64,000 nucleotides of DNA from Candidatus Poriferihabitaceae bacterium (lineage in GTDB: Bacteria > Pseudomonadota > Gammaproteobacteria > Arenicellales > Poriferihabitantaceae). A program made the position numbers and the translations under genes. Each line of letters begins with the position of its first letter. The stretch's first letter is position 1. A model generated the notes under the pieces. The model was not told the DNA's origin. It was given only the letters and a program-made list of their open reading frames with translations, and made no database searches. The DNA lies in the NCBI GenBank assembly GCA_965214625.1, contig OZ243962.1:1005278-1069277 (forward strand), given 5' to 3'. Below are positions 24,991-34,808 of this stretch, in pieces.

Positions 24991-26082
24991 ATGGAAAACG
25001 ACCACTGCTCCGGAGAAATGGCCGCGGGCATTGACAATCTGCTGCAGCGCTGCGCCCGGGTCCAATCCGGGCAGACGCTGTTGATCATCGGTGAGTCGGG
25101 GGAAAACACCTATTTCGATCACGACCTGTGCCGAATGGTACAACAGGCGGCCAATGCACGGGGGATTCACACGACAGTGGAATACGCCAGGCCAGGAGCC
25201 GATGCGTCATCCAGTCTGCCTGTGCGATTATCAAAGAAAATGGCGTCAGCGGATGTAACGCTCTTTTTCTCCAGGCTGGGGGATCAGATCCGGTTCATGG
25301 TCTCCCCGGGACAAGGGAGCAAAGTGATGTGCTACACCCTCACAAAAGCACACCTTGGTGCGCCGTTTGCCACGCTGAATCACCATAAAATGACCGCGAT
25401 GCAACAGATATTGGAAACCCGCATCCGCAACGCCTCGCACTACCAGATCACAACCCGCTGCGGCACCCGCCTGACCGGTGAAATCATTTCCGATAACCGC
25501 AAAAATTATCGTACGGAATTTCACGTTGAGCTGTTTCCGACCATGATCTTCCCGCCCATCAATTGTCATCGACTGGCCGGCGATCTGACTCTTTCACGAT
25601 TTATCACCTCCACGTCCACACGGGCCTATGCAGACAGTGTCCTGATGATTGAGTCCCCGGTGACGGCCCGTGTGGAAAATTCGGTGATCGTGGCTCTGGA
25701 CGGTGATTCGGACACCGTCCGTCTCATTGACCGGCAACTGAACCGGGGCGGCGCACTGAGCGGCGGTGATCCTTATGTTCTACACTCTTGGCACACGGGC
25801 ATTAACCCGGGCACGTTTTTTGATGGTGATCCACTGGCAGATCTGGAATACTGGGGAACCGTCGCCTACGGATCCCCCCGCTATACACACCTCCACGCAG
25901 CAGGACGGGCTCCCGGTGATGTGGCCTATCACCTGATTGATGCCACGATCCGGTTCGATGACGAACTGCTCTGGCATCACGGGCAATTTGTCTTTCTCGA
26001 CACGCCGCAAATCCAGTCACTGTTTACATCCGACGAACGCAGGCTAATCCATTCGAAATACCGCCTCGGCATTGGTCTTTAG
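24991..26082 (+). CDS. Hypothetical protein (possibly M29 aminopeptidase-T/NicX-like fold)
   Basis: 363-aa ORF, 35 nt after the MttB-family gene on the same strand. There is weak resemblance to aminopeptidase-T-like proteins (LHSWHTGINPG, YTHLHAAG His-rich metal-site-like strings). The assignment is tentative. Confidence 0.35.
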   Translation: MENDHCSGEMAAGIDNLLQRCARVQSGQTLLIIGESGENTYFDHDLCRMVQQAANARGIHTTVEYARPGADASSSLPVRLSKKMASADVTLFFSRLGDQIRFMVSPGQGSKVMCYTLTKAHLGAPFATLNHHKMTAMQQILETRIRNASHYQITTRCGTRLTGEIISDNRKNYRTEFHVELFPTMIFPPINCHRLAGDLTLSRFITSTSTRAYADSVLMIESPVTARVENSVIVALDGDSDTVRLIDRQLNRGGALSGGDPYVLHSWHTGINPGTFFDGDPLADLEYWGTVAYGSPRYTHLHAAGRAPGDVAYHLIDATIRFDDELLWHHGQFVFLDTPQIQSLFTSDERRLIHSKYRLGIGL

Positions 26083-26255
26083 ACAGTCCACACACCGGGC
26101 ATCGCCGGAACCGATGTTCATCTTTTCAGTGCTGTCGAGGACAAAAGACCGACCCGGACAGGCTGCGATGACCCAGGCACAATAAAGCGGACTGGACGGA
26201 ACCCGTCGCATCCAGTATAAATTCACCTTTATCAAGATCAAATCTCTTAACCATC

Positions 26256-27047
26256 ATGATCGTCAAGCAAATCTGGACCGGTAATGCCTATCGAAATTTC
26301 AATTACTTGATCGTCTGCCCGGAAACCGGTGAAGCCATGGCGATTGATCCACTGGACCACCGCCAGTGCCTCGCTGTCGCACAGGTACAAGGCTGGCATA
26401 TTACCCAGATCGTCAATACACACGAACACCATGATCATATTGGGGGCAATCAGGCCATGGTCGCGGCCACTGGCGCAAAAATACTGGCGCATGCCGGTGC
26501 CGGGAACATGATCCCGGGCATGGACAGCGGACTCAGTGCAGGGGATATCATCCAGGTGGGCAAGACCGTGGAACTTGAGGCACTCGATACCCCGGGCCAT
26601 ACCATGAGCCATGTCTGCCTGCTTTCCCGTACCCAGTCACCGGCCCTGTTTTGTGGCGACACCCTGTTTAATGCCGGCGCCGGAAACTGTCATAACGGAG
26701 GACACCCGGCTGAACTTTACGATACCTTCGTCAAACAACTGGCTGAGTTGCCGGACGAAACACGCATTTATCCCGGACACGACTATTTGCATAACAACCT
26801 GGCTTTTACCCTCGACCGGGAACCGGGCAATCAGGCGGCGTTCACCCTGCTGGAAGAAACTGCAGAACAAAACCCGACCGATGCAAAGATCACCACCCTG
26901 GCACAGGAAAAGGAGATCAATACGTTTTTCAGATTACAAAACCCCGAAATCATTGAACAGCTTCGACTCAAGTTTCCGGACATGAGCACAACGCCGGATT
27001 CAAAATCAGTCTTCCTGAAGCTCAGAGAGTTGCGCAACAGCTGGTAA
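26256..27047 (+). CDS. gloB: Hydroxyacylglutathione hydrolase (glyoxalase II), MBL fold
   Basis: 263 aa. NFNYLIVC..GEAMAIDP, metal motif NTHEHHDHIGGN, TPGHTMSHVC, FCGDTLFNAG, YPGHDY and C-terminal EINTFFR, collinear with E. coli GloB. Confidence 0.75.
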   Translation: MIVKQIWTGNAYRNFNYLIVCPETGEAMAIDPLDHRQCLAVAQVQGWHITQIVNTHEHHDHIGGNQAMVAATGAKILAHAGAGNMIPGMDSGLSAGDIIQVGKTVELEALDTPGHTMSHVCLLSRTQSPALFCGDTLFNAGAGNCHNGGHPAELYDTFVKQLAELPDETRIYPGHDYLHNNLAFTLDREPGNQAAFTLLEETAEQNPTDAKITTLAQEKEINTFFRLQNPEIIEQLRLKFPDMSTTPDSKSVFLKLRELRNSW

Positions 27048-27199
27048 TCGCCCTCTGGCCGATCACTGACAAATCGGGCATCAATGGAGATAACGAGCAA
27101 TTATCCGTCTGAAAAAGACGCACCTCAGCTTCGACGTATTATCCTCGGCGAATCGGAGTGGCAAACCCGATGCTTTAGAAGAACCTGCCACCCGCACCC

Positions 27200-27658
27200 C
27201 TAGTCTCGTCCGGTTGAACCAAATCCGCTATCGGCACGATCACTTTTCTCGAAAGCATCCACGACAGTGAACTGTACCTGCGCCACCGGAACCAGCACCA
27301 TCTGCGCAATCCGGTCGCCCGGATGAATGGTGTAGTCAGCCTGACTTCGGTTCCAACAGGAAATGAAGATCTGTCCCTGATAATCTGAATCGATCAGCCC
27401 GGTCAGGTTGCCTAGCACGATACCATGCTTGTGCCCCAAGCCGGAACGGGGAAGCAGCACCGCTGCCAAGCCCGGATCGGCGATGTGCACTGCGATACCG
27501 GTCGGAATCAATTCCGTCTGCCCGGGCGACAGAACCAGCGGCGCATCCACACAGGCGCGAAGGTCGACACCGGCCGACCCTTCGGTGGCGTAATGCGGCA
27601 ATCCGAACGCTTCCCGGATCCGGGGATCCAGAATTTTCATTTCAATGATTTTCTTCAT
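27200..27658 (-). CDS. dut: dUTP diphosphatase
   Basis: 152 aa. [14 protein letters not shown]..., [32 protein letters not shown]. The ATG overlaps the coaBC stop (ATGA). Confidence 0.95.
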   Translation of the reverse strand: MKKIIEMKILDPRIREAFGLPHYATEGSAGVDLRACVDAPLVLSPGQTELIPTGIAVHIADPGLAAVLLPRSGLGHKHGIVLGNLTGLIDSDYQGQIFISCWNRSQADYTIHPGDRIAQMVLVPVAQVQFTVVDAFEKSDRADSGFGSTGRD

Positions 27659-28881
27659 TTCAATGCGTCATTAATCGATCGGTTTTTCCGTTCATACGCT
27701 GTACCGAGATGTCGGATTATTTCCAGCGCCAGTGCCTGTTTGTCCATTCTATCGATGACCGTCTCACCGTCAGCAGAGATCAATGTGACCGCATTTCGTG
27801 TGCTGCCAAAAACACGGTTGTCCCCCGTCACAAGATTGGCGGCAACCATGTCCACTCGCTTGGCACGCAACTTGTGATAGGCATTCTCCAGCATGTTTTC
27901 TGTCTCGGCTGCAAACCCCATGGTAAAGATGTTACGTGAATGTGCCGCTACCGTCGCAAGAATATCGGGATTCCTGACCAGTTCGATCGACATCACCTCA
28001 TGGTTCTTTTTGACCTTGTGTTCAGCCGGAGATGCGGGACGATAATCGGCAACCGCCGCCACGGCAATAAAGATTTCGGTGGTGGATAACCGGGCGGCAA
28101 CCGCCGCCATCATTTGTTGCGCCGAGACAACATCAATCCTCTCGATCCCTTCAGGCGTTGCAAGATGTACCGGACCGCTGACCAGGGTGACCGTCGCACC
28201 ACTGTCTCTCGCGGCTTCAGCCAACGCATACCCCATTCTTCCCGAACTGCGATTGGTTATACCCCTGACTGGGTCAATGGCTTCCCAAGTCGGCCCGGCC
28301 GTCATCAGAAGTCGGCTCCCGGCCAGACTTTGGGGGATCGGATCACCGACCACCTGCTGGGCAATTTGCTCTGGCTCCAGCATACGACCTGGTCCCACTT
28401 CGCCACACGCCTGATTCCCCGCCCCCGGCCCCAAAACGGTAATACCGCGATCGATTAAAATCTGCAGATTTTTCTGTGTCGCTGCATGTTGCCACATTTG
28501 CTGATTCATTGCCGGTGCCACAAAAACCGGTGCGGTGGTCGCCAGAATCAGTGTCGAAAGCAGGTCATCCGCCTGTCCGTGTGCCATCTTCGCGATAAAG
28601 TGGGCTGTCGCCGGCGCAATGAGCACCGTATCCGCCCACCTTGCCAGTTCAATATGACCCATCCCCGATTCCGCTTCGGCATCCAGCAGATGCTGGAACA
28701 CCGGATGCCCGCTGACAGCCTGCAGCGTCAATGGCGTCACAAATTCATTGGCAGCCTGTGACATCACCACTCTGACCCGGGCGCCTCTTTCCTTCAATCG
28801 TCTGACCAGGTCGGGTGTTTTATACGCCGCAATACCCCCCGTAATACCGACCAACACCTGCTTTTTCCGACTTGGTTCCAT
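27655..28881 (-). CDS. coaBC: Bifunctional phosphopantothenoylcysteine decarboxylase / phosphopantothenate-cysteine ligase
   Basis: 408 aa. N-terminal flavoprotein domain [11 protein letters not shown]..., C-terminal CoaB domain ([18 protein letters not shown]). Classic coaBC-dut order. Confidence 0.93.
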   Translation of the reverse strand: MEPSRKKQVLVGITGGIAAYKTPDLVRRLKERGARVRVVMSQAANEFVTPLTLQAVSGHPVFQHLLDAEAESGMGHIELARWADTVLIAPATAHFIAKMAHGQADDLLSTLILATTAPVFVAPAMNQQMWQHAATQKNLQILIDRGITVLGPGAGNQACGEVGPGRMLEPEQIAQQVVGDPIPQSLAGSRLLMTAGPTWEAIDPVRGITNRSSGRMGYALAEAARDSGATVTLVSGPVHLATPEGIERIDVVSAQQMMAAVAARLSTTEIFIAVAAVADYRPASPAEHKVKKNHEVMSIELVRNPDILATVAAHSRNIFTMGFAAETENMLENAYHKLRAKRVDMVAANLVTGDNRVFGSTRNAVTLISADGETVIDRMDKQALALEIIRHLGTAYERKNRSINDALK

Positions 28882-29256
28882 AGTTCAAGTGTATCTGAAA
28901 TTGGTCAATGATTTGTATGGGTTGGTCACCGATGAGGCAACGAGGGATCCGTCAGTCTGTATGGCTGACTATACTTGATTGGGGACCATGAGGTCGAGTA
29001 CACAATGGGACGAAGGCAGTGGCGGCGGTGCTGGTCCGCAGCCCGAAGAAAAATGGATCTCCAGAGTGCATGGGGCTGAATTTGTGGCCGTGCCGGCCCA
29101 GAGACATTGGGCATGATTTTAAATCGCTGAGGTGATGCGATGAAGGGCATTCTCTCGGCCTGCGGCTCTTTCAGGCAGTTGATACTCTGCCCCTTAATCG
29201 CGTTATGGAGTAGAATTGATCCAATTCATCAATCGGATTTCGGCAGGCACGCGGTC

Positions 29257-29805
29257 ATGGGATTATTCATTGTTGGCATGATAATGTTTTTCGGCATTCA
29301 CCTGGTACCTTGCCTTGTCGGCACGAGACAGAAACTGATCGGGAAACTGGGCGGGACAGGATACAAGGCTGCTTTTTCCGTCATCTCTGTCATCGGTTTT
29401 GTGGTGATGCTGTATGGATGGAAGTCGTTGCCCCATGAGTCGATTTTTATTCCCCCGGCATTTGGCCCGCCTTTTGCTAAATTTATCATGCTGCCGGCTT
29501 GCATTTTGATGGTTGCAGCCTATATCCCCTGCCGGATCCGTCGTCGGGTGGGTCATCCCATGATTATTGCCGTCTTTTTGTGGGCACTGGTTCATATTCT
29601 TGCCAACGGTGATTACAAATCACTGCTCCTGTTCGGCGCTTTTCTTTTATATTCGGCTGCCGACGGGGTTTGTGTGGTACGGCGGCAATCAAACAAGCCG
29701 GATGCGGCGCCTTCCCATCATGATTGGATTGTCGTGGCAGTGGGGTGCGCGGTCTATTTCGGGATTTACTACCTGCACGAACAATTCATTGCCCCGATCG
29801 GATAA
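29257..29805 (+). CDS. NnrU-family integral membrane protein
   Basis: Hydrophobic, about 182 aa from ATG 29257 (MGLFIVGMIMFFGIHLVPC...GYKAAFSVISVIGFVVMLYGW...HILANGD), resembling the NnrU family. The track ORF extends 39 codons upstream. Confidence 0.55.
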   Translation: MGLFIVGMIMFFGIHLVPCLVGTRQKLIGKLGGTGYKAAFSVISVIGFVVMLYGWKSLPHESIFIPPAFGPPFAKFIMLPACILMVAAYIPCRIRRRVGHPMIIAVFLWALVHILANGDYKSLLLFGAFLLYSAADGVCVVRRQSNKPDAAPSHHDWIVVAVGCAVYFGIYYLHEQFIAPIG

Positions 29806-29909
29806 TTTTTGTCATCCGGTGCCACAGGCTGTCGACCTGACAGCGGCCCGACATATCGGTGAATGCCGAGTCACCGTCAATCGGGGGCATGCGTTGCGCC
29901 CGTTTCCCG

Positions 29910-31748
29910 TCAGCAGGCCGCTGATCTTAGAACGAAATGTTCCGGCCCCACTTCGTCATAGACGGAAGGACCGGGATCGTACCCCGCAGGGAATATCGGA
30001 GAAGGAACGGGTCTGAAACTCACCTCGTTGCGACAGCCGCGCTGACGTGGGTCGGCCACCGGAACGGCCGACAGCAGTGACTTTGTATAGTTATGGCGAG
30101 GATCCTCGAAAACAGCTGCCCGTGGCCCGATTTCCACAATACGCCCCAGATACATCACTGCGGCACGATGGCTGATGCGCTCGACCACGGCCATGTCGTG
30201 GCTGATGAAAAGCAATGCAATACCCAAATCGGCCTGCAATTCCATCATCAGATTCAATACCTGGGCCTGTATCGAAACATCCAGCGCGGAAACCGCCTCG
30301 TCTGCGATGATGAGCCCGGGATTTAACGCCAGGGCGCGGGCAATGGCAACCCGTTGGCGCTGCCCGCCGGAAAGCTCGTGTGGATATCGTTTCATGAAAT
30401 TGCGGGACAGTTCCACCCGGTCGAAAAGGGTTGCAACACGGTCCACAAGTTCGGTTCCGCGGGCAAGACCGTAGTTGCGCAGGGGTTCGGAAACCTGGTC
30501 AATCAGCCGGATTTGTGGATTGAGTGAGGCAAAAGGGTCCTGAAACACCATCTGCATGTTGCGTCGCGCAGCCCGAAGCTCGCGATCATTCATCGCCATG
30601 ACATCCTGCCCGTCCAACCTGACCTGTCCACGCAGCGGTTGGTCCAGCCGCAGAATAGACCGTCCGCAGGAGGATTTTCCACAGCCGGATTCGCCGACAA
30701 GACCCAGGGTCTCTCCCTGATTCAGCGTAAACGAGACATCCTCCACCGAATGCACGTTGGCTACAACCTGCCTGAAAAACCCCTTGCGAACCGGGAAGCG
30801 CGTGGTCAGCCCTTCAACCTCCAGCAGCACACGGGGTCTCGCGATATTGGTCCTGGCAACCTTTTCAGGCTCACCGCCCCTCATGACTTTCATCGATCCG
30901 GGCACCGACCGGCCCCGCATCTCACCCAGTTTCGGCACCGCAGCCAGGAGGGACCGGGTGTAGTCGTGTTGCGGGTTTTCGAAAATCTCGAGCACCGTCC
31001 CCTCCTCGATCTGCCGACCACGATACATGACACTGACCCGATCCGCGATCTGGGCGACCACGGCCATATCGTGGGTGATGAACAGGACCGCCGTGTCGTG
31101 CTCACGCTTTAGCCGGTCAATCAGTGCCAGTATCTCGGCCTGGACCGTCACGTCAAGCGCCGTGGTCGGCTCATCACAGATCAAGAGCCGTGGCCCACAT
31201 GCCAGGGCCATCGCGATAACCACCCGCTGGCGCATCCCTCCGGACAGTTCATGCGGATACTGCTTCAGCCGCTGCTCGGGTTCAGGAATCCGGACATCGT
31301 GGAGGAGTGTCTGCGCTCTGTCCCGTGCCTGCGCTTCGTTCAGGCCGAGGTGAATTTTGATTCCCTCCGTCAACTGACGTTCCACCGTGAACACCGGATT
31401 CAGGGCCGTCATCGGTTCCTGGAAAATCATCCCGATACGATGACCGCGAATTTGACGCATCCGTTGATCAGTCGCCCGGCCAAGATCGATATCCCCTTCC
31501 AGGCCATGGTAGCGCAGGCAGCCGGAAGTAATCTTTCCGCCACCAAACTCAACAAGGCGTATCAGACTGAGCGCGGAGACCGACTTGCCCGACCCGGACT
31601 CACCAACCACACACAGGGTTTCACCGGGCATAACCCGGAACGAGACATTCTCAACCCCCACGACGGTCCCTGAGCCCGTCTCGAACTCCACACGCAGGTT
31701 GCTGACATCAACAAGCGGCTGACCCGACATACATTTCTCCAGCATCAT
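29910..31748 (-). CDS. ABC transporter ATP-binding protein with two fused ATPase cassettes (DppD/DppF-type)
   Basis: 612 aa with two Walker A motifs (GESGSGKS, GESGCGKS), two ABC signatures (LSGGMRQR, LSGGQRQR) and two Walker B motifs (LLICDEPTTALD, LIIADEAVSALD). Confidence 0.9.
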   Translation of the reverse strand: MMLEKCMSGQPLVDVSNLRVEFETGSGTVVGVENVSFRVMPGETLCVVGESGSGKSVSALSLIRLVEFGGGKITSGCLRYHGLEGDIDLGRATDQRMRQIRGHRIGMIFQEPMTALNPVFTVERQLTEGIKIHLGLNEAQARDRAQTLLHDVRIPEPEQRLKQYPHELSGGMRQRVVIAMALACGPRLLICDEPTTALDVTVQAEILALIDRLKREHDTAVLFITHDMAVVAQIADRVSVMYRGRQIEEGTVLEIFENPQHDYTRSLLAAVPKLGEMRGRSVPGSMKVMRGGEPEKVARTNIARPRVLLEVEGLTTRFPVRKGFFRQVVANVHSVEDVSFTLNQGETLGLVGESGCGKSSCGRSILRLDQPLRGQVRLDGQDVMAMNDRELRAARRNMQMVFQDPFASLNPQIRLIDQVSEPLRNYGLARGTELVDRVATLFDRVELSRNFMKRYPHELSGGQRQRVAIARALALNPGLIIADEAVSALDVSIQAQVLNLMMELQADLGIALLFISHDMAVVERISHRAAVMYLGRIVEIGPRAAVFEDPRHNYTKSLLSAVPVADPRQRGCRNEVSFRPVPSPIFPAGYDPGPSVYDEVGPEHFVLRSAAC

Positions 31749-31976
31749 GTCTGCACTGATTATGGACAGGGAAACCCCGGAAGATGCCCTCCCCTGCCCC
31801 GGGCTGGCAATTGTTCTTTGCCAAATCGATACCGATAATGGTAATCTGTTTCATCGACATCTTTCACCATTTAATGCTTTTTACACGAATGTCCATCTTC
31901 GACCATCGCGGTCATGATGATGACGCACAACAGGGAAAGTGTCCATTCAATCCGGTTAACTGAATTAGACAACAGC

Positions 31977-33677
31977 ATGAAATATCTTTCTCTCTGGCTC
32001 ACTGCTGCCACGCTGGTACTGGCACCAATGGTCATGGCCCAACCGGGCAGCGACGGACATGTCAACATCATTTACTGGCAGGCCCCGTCCATCCTGAACC
32101 CGTTCCTTTCGGGTGGAACCAAGGATATCGAAAGCGCCAGCCTGATTATCGAGCCACTGGCACGGTATGATGAAGGAGGCAACATGGTGCCTTGGCTGGC
32201 CGCTGGAATTCCGACACTCGCCAATGGCGGTATCAGTGAGGACCTCACTTCCATCACCTGGCAACTGCGTGACGACATCCTGTGGTCGGACGGGACCCCC
32301 CTCACCTCGGCCGATGTCAAGTTCACCGCGGATTACTGCATGCATCCCGAAGGCGGCTGTGCCCAGCTTGCCAACTTCTCAGGCGTCACCGGGGTCGAAG
32401 CAACGGATACGCACACGGTCAAAATCACGTTCGAAGAACCCACACCGTTTCCATACGGCCCATTCGTCGGTGCTGAAACGCCGATTATCCAGTCCGCGCA
32501 GTTTGCCAACTGCCTCGGCACGGCCGCACCCAACTGCACCGAACAGAACTTCAATCCCATTGGAACCGGTCCGTTCAAGGTGGTGGAATTCCGTCCCAAT
32601 GACGTGATCACCATGGAGGCTAATCCACATTACCGTGACCCGGACAAACCGGCCTTCGCGACACTGACTCTCAAAGGAGGCGGTGATGCCACCGCTGCAG
32701 GCCGTGCCGTGATGGAAACAGGCGAATTCGACTACGCCTGGAATCTGCAACTGGCACCCGATGTCATCGCTGAAATGGAAAAAGGCGGCAAGGGCCAGCC
32801 GGTCGCAGGCTTCGGCTCTTTGGTCGAGCGGATCATGGTTAACCTCACCAACCCGGATCCCGGCCTGCCCGAGGGCGAGCGCTCGACAACGAAACATCCA
32901 CACCCGTTCCTTTCCGACATCCATGTCAGAAAGGCGCTTTCCATGGCAATTGATCGCGCACTGCTGGTAGAAATTGGTTATGGCAAGGCGGGCAGACCGA
33001 CCTGTAATATCGTTCCGGCCCCTGATATCTATATCTCCTCGGCCAACGACCATTGTCTGACCCAGGATATTGCCGGCGCCAATGCGCTGCTCGACCAGGC
33101 CGGATGGGTCGATTCAAACGGCAATGGTATCCGCGATCGGGACGGCGTTGAACTGGACCTCCTCTACCAGACATCGACCAACGCCGTGCGCCAGGACTTC
33201 CAGGTACTGATCAAGCAGTGGTGGTCTGAAATCGGTATCGCGGCAACGCTTCGCAATATCGATGCATCGGTCTTCTTCGGCAGTGATCCGGGATCTCCCG
33301 ACACCTATCAGAAATTCTATGCCGACGTGGAGATGTACGCCAATAACTTCAGTGGCACGGACCCGCAGTCCTACCTCGCCAACTGGCTCTGCTCGGTGAT
33401 TCCGCATCCCGAAACCCAATGGCAGGGCGGCAATATGCCTCGCTACTGTAATCCGAAGTACGATGCGCTGCACAAGGAACTGGCAACAACGGCACAGATC
33501 AGCGAGCGGGCACGCATCGCCCGGGCACTCAACGACATGCTGATGCAGGACATTGTGATGATTCCGCTGGTCCATCGGGGACGACTCTCCGCCCATGCCA
33601 ACAGTCTTGGCGGCATCAAATTGAACGTGTGGGACAGCGAACTCTGGAACGTGGCCGACTGGTACCGTATCCGATAG
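31977..33677 (+). CDS. ABC transporter substrate-binding protein, family 5 (peptide/nickel/opine type)
   Basis: Signal peptide MKYLSLWLTAATLVLAPMVMAQ from ATG 31977. Size (about 566 aa) and strings such as TFKLRDDILWSDG-like ITWQLRDDILWSDGTPLTSADVKF fit SBP family 5. Confidence 0.85.
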   Translation: MKYLSLWLTAATLVLAPMVMAQPGSDGHVNIIYWQAPSILNPFLSGGTKDIESASLIIEPLARYDEGGNMVPWLAAGIPTLANGGISEDLTSITWQLRDDILWSDGTPLTSADVKFTADYCMHPEGGCAQLANFSGVTGVEATDTHTVKITFEEPTPFPYGPFVGAETPIIQSAQFANCLGTAAPNCTEQNFNPIGTGPFKVVEFRPNDVITMEANPHYRDPDKPAFATLTLKGGGDATAAGRAVMETGEFDYAWNLQLAPDVIAEMEKGGKGQPVAGFGSLVERIMVNLTNPDPGLPEGERSTTKHPHPFLSDIHVRKALSMAIDRALLVEIGYGKAGRPTCNIVPAPDIYISSANDHCLTQDIAGANALLDQAGWVDSNGNGIRDRDGVELDLLYQTSTNAVRQDFQVLIKQWWSEIGIAATLRNIDASVFFGSDPGSPDTYQKFYADVEMYANNFSGTDPQSYLANWLCSVIPHPETQWQGGNMPRYCNPKYDALHKELATTAQISERARIARALNDMLMQDIVMIPLVHRGRLSAHANSLGGIKLNVWDSELWNVADWYRIR

Positions 33678-33800
33678 TGGCGCGAGGGACCCGGCCACCG
33701 CCTTCTCCCGATGGATCCGGTCAGGGCTGGGGCCTGATCCGACCCTCATCGAGACCCTGCGGAGGGCCACAGCGGACAAGGCACAAGAACGCGTCTGCCG

Positions 33801-34808
33801 ATGCTGACCTATACCCTTAGGCGTCTGATCCTGTCCATCCCGACGTTGCTGTTCATCAGCCTCGTCATCTTCGGGCTGCTGGAACTTGCACCGGGGGATC
33901 CCATGGCGCAGGTTCCGCTGACCGTGCCACCGGAGGTCAAGGAAAAAATGCGCGAGGCGCTTGGAATCGGACAGCCTGTGCACATCCGCTTCAACAAGTG
34001 GTTGTACCAGTTCTTCCTGATTGAACCGATGGTCCTGGCAGATAGCTTTCTTGGAACCACCTTTGCCGAAGGCGCGCAGCGTGTCATTTCATGGCAGACC
34101 CGTTCACCGGTCATGGACATCGTGGTGCAACGTCTCCCGCAGACACTCTGGGTTGTTGGCGTGGCCTATGTGGTCGCCGTGCTGATCGCATTACCGGTCG
34201 GCATCTACTCAGCCTATCGCCAGTATTCCGTGTTTGATCAGGCCGGTACCTTCATCACGATGATCGGCTTTTCGGTCCCGCCGTTCTTTTCCGGGGTACT
34301 TGTCATCGTGATCTTCTCGGTCCAACTCGGCTGGTTTCCCTCGATCTACAACACGACGCACGTCGTGAACGACTGGGACAGTTTCCTCGTCCAGTTAAAA
34401 CAGATGGTGCTGCCGGTCATGGTACTGGCCCTGCAGATCACCTCGCAACTCAGCCGCTTCATGCGAGCTTCGGTACTCGACAATCTCAGCGAGGACTATG
34501 TCCGCACCGCCCGGGCCAAGGGACTGTCCGAGCGTACCGTGGTACTGATACATGTTCTGCGCAATTCGCTCATCCCGGTCGTTACCGTCATTGCGCTCGG
34601 TGTACCGGCAATCTTCGGGGGGGCAATTATCACCGAACAGATATTCAAGGTGAATGGAATCGGCCATCTGCTCATCACGGCCATCCAGGCCAATGATCTT
34701 CCGATGGTCCAGACACTGACCTTCATCTTCGCCGTCCTGATTGTGCTTTTCAATCTTCTCGCCGATCTCCTCTACGGCATCCTTGACCCACGAATCCGCT
34801 ATGACTGA
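33801..34808 (+). CDS. ABC transporter permease (DppB-like)
   Basis: 335 aa. N-terminus MLTYTLRRLILSIPTLLFISLVIF and EAA-loop region YVRTARAKGLSERTVVLIHVLRNSLIPVVT. Confidence 0.9.
   Translation: MLTYTLRRLILSIPTLLFISLVIFGLLELAPGDPMAQVPLTVPPEVKEKMREALGIGQPVHIRFNKWLYQFFLIEPMVLADSFLGTTFAEGAQRVISWQTRSPVMDIVVQRLPQTLWVVGVAYVVAVLIALPVGIYSAYRQYSVFDQAGTFITMIGFSVPPFFSGVLVIVIFSVQLGWFPSIYNTTHVVNDWDSFLVQLKQMVLPVMVLALQITSQLSRFMRASVLDNLSEDYVRTARAKGLSERTVVLIHVLRNSLIPVVTVIALGVPAIFGGAIITEQIFKVNGIGHLLITAIQANDLPMVQTLTFIFAVLIVLFNLLADLLYGILDPRIRYD

Noticed and set aside
28882-29256. 42-codon ORF (MRSSTQWDEGSGGGAGPQPEEKW...) in the coaBC / nnrU divergent region
   Set aside because: Low-complexity translation with no ribosome-binding site evident; more likely promoter DNA.
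32379-33983. Minus-strand ORFs of 224 aa (32379..33053) and 289 aa (33114..33983)
   Set aside because: Antisense to the ABC substrate-binding protein and the first permease gene; no motifs; shadow ORFs.
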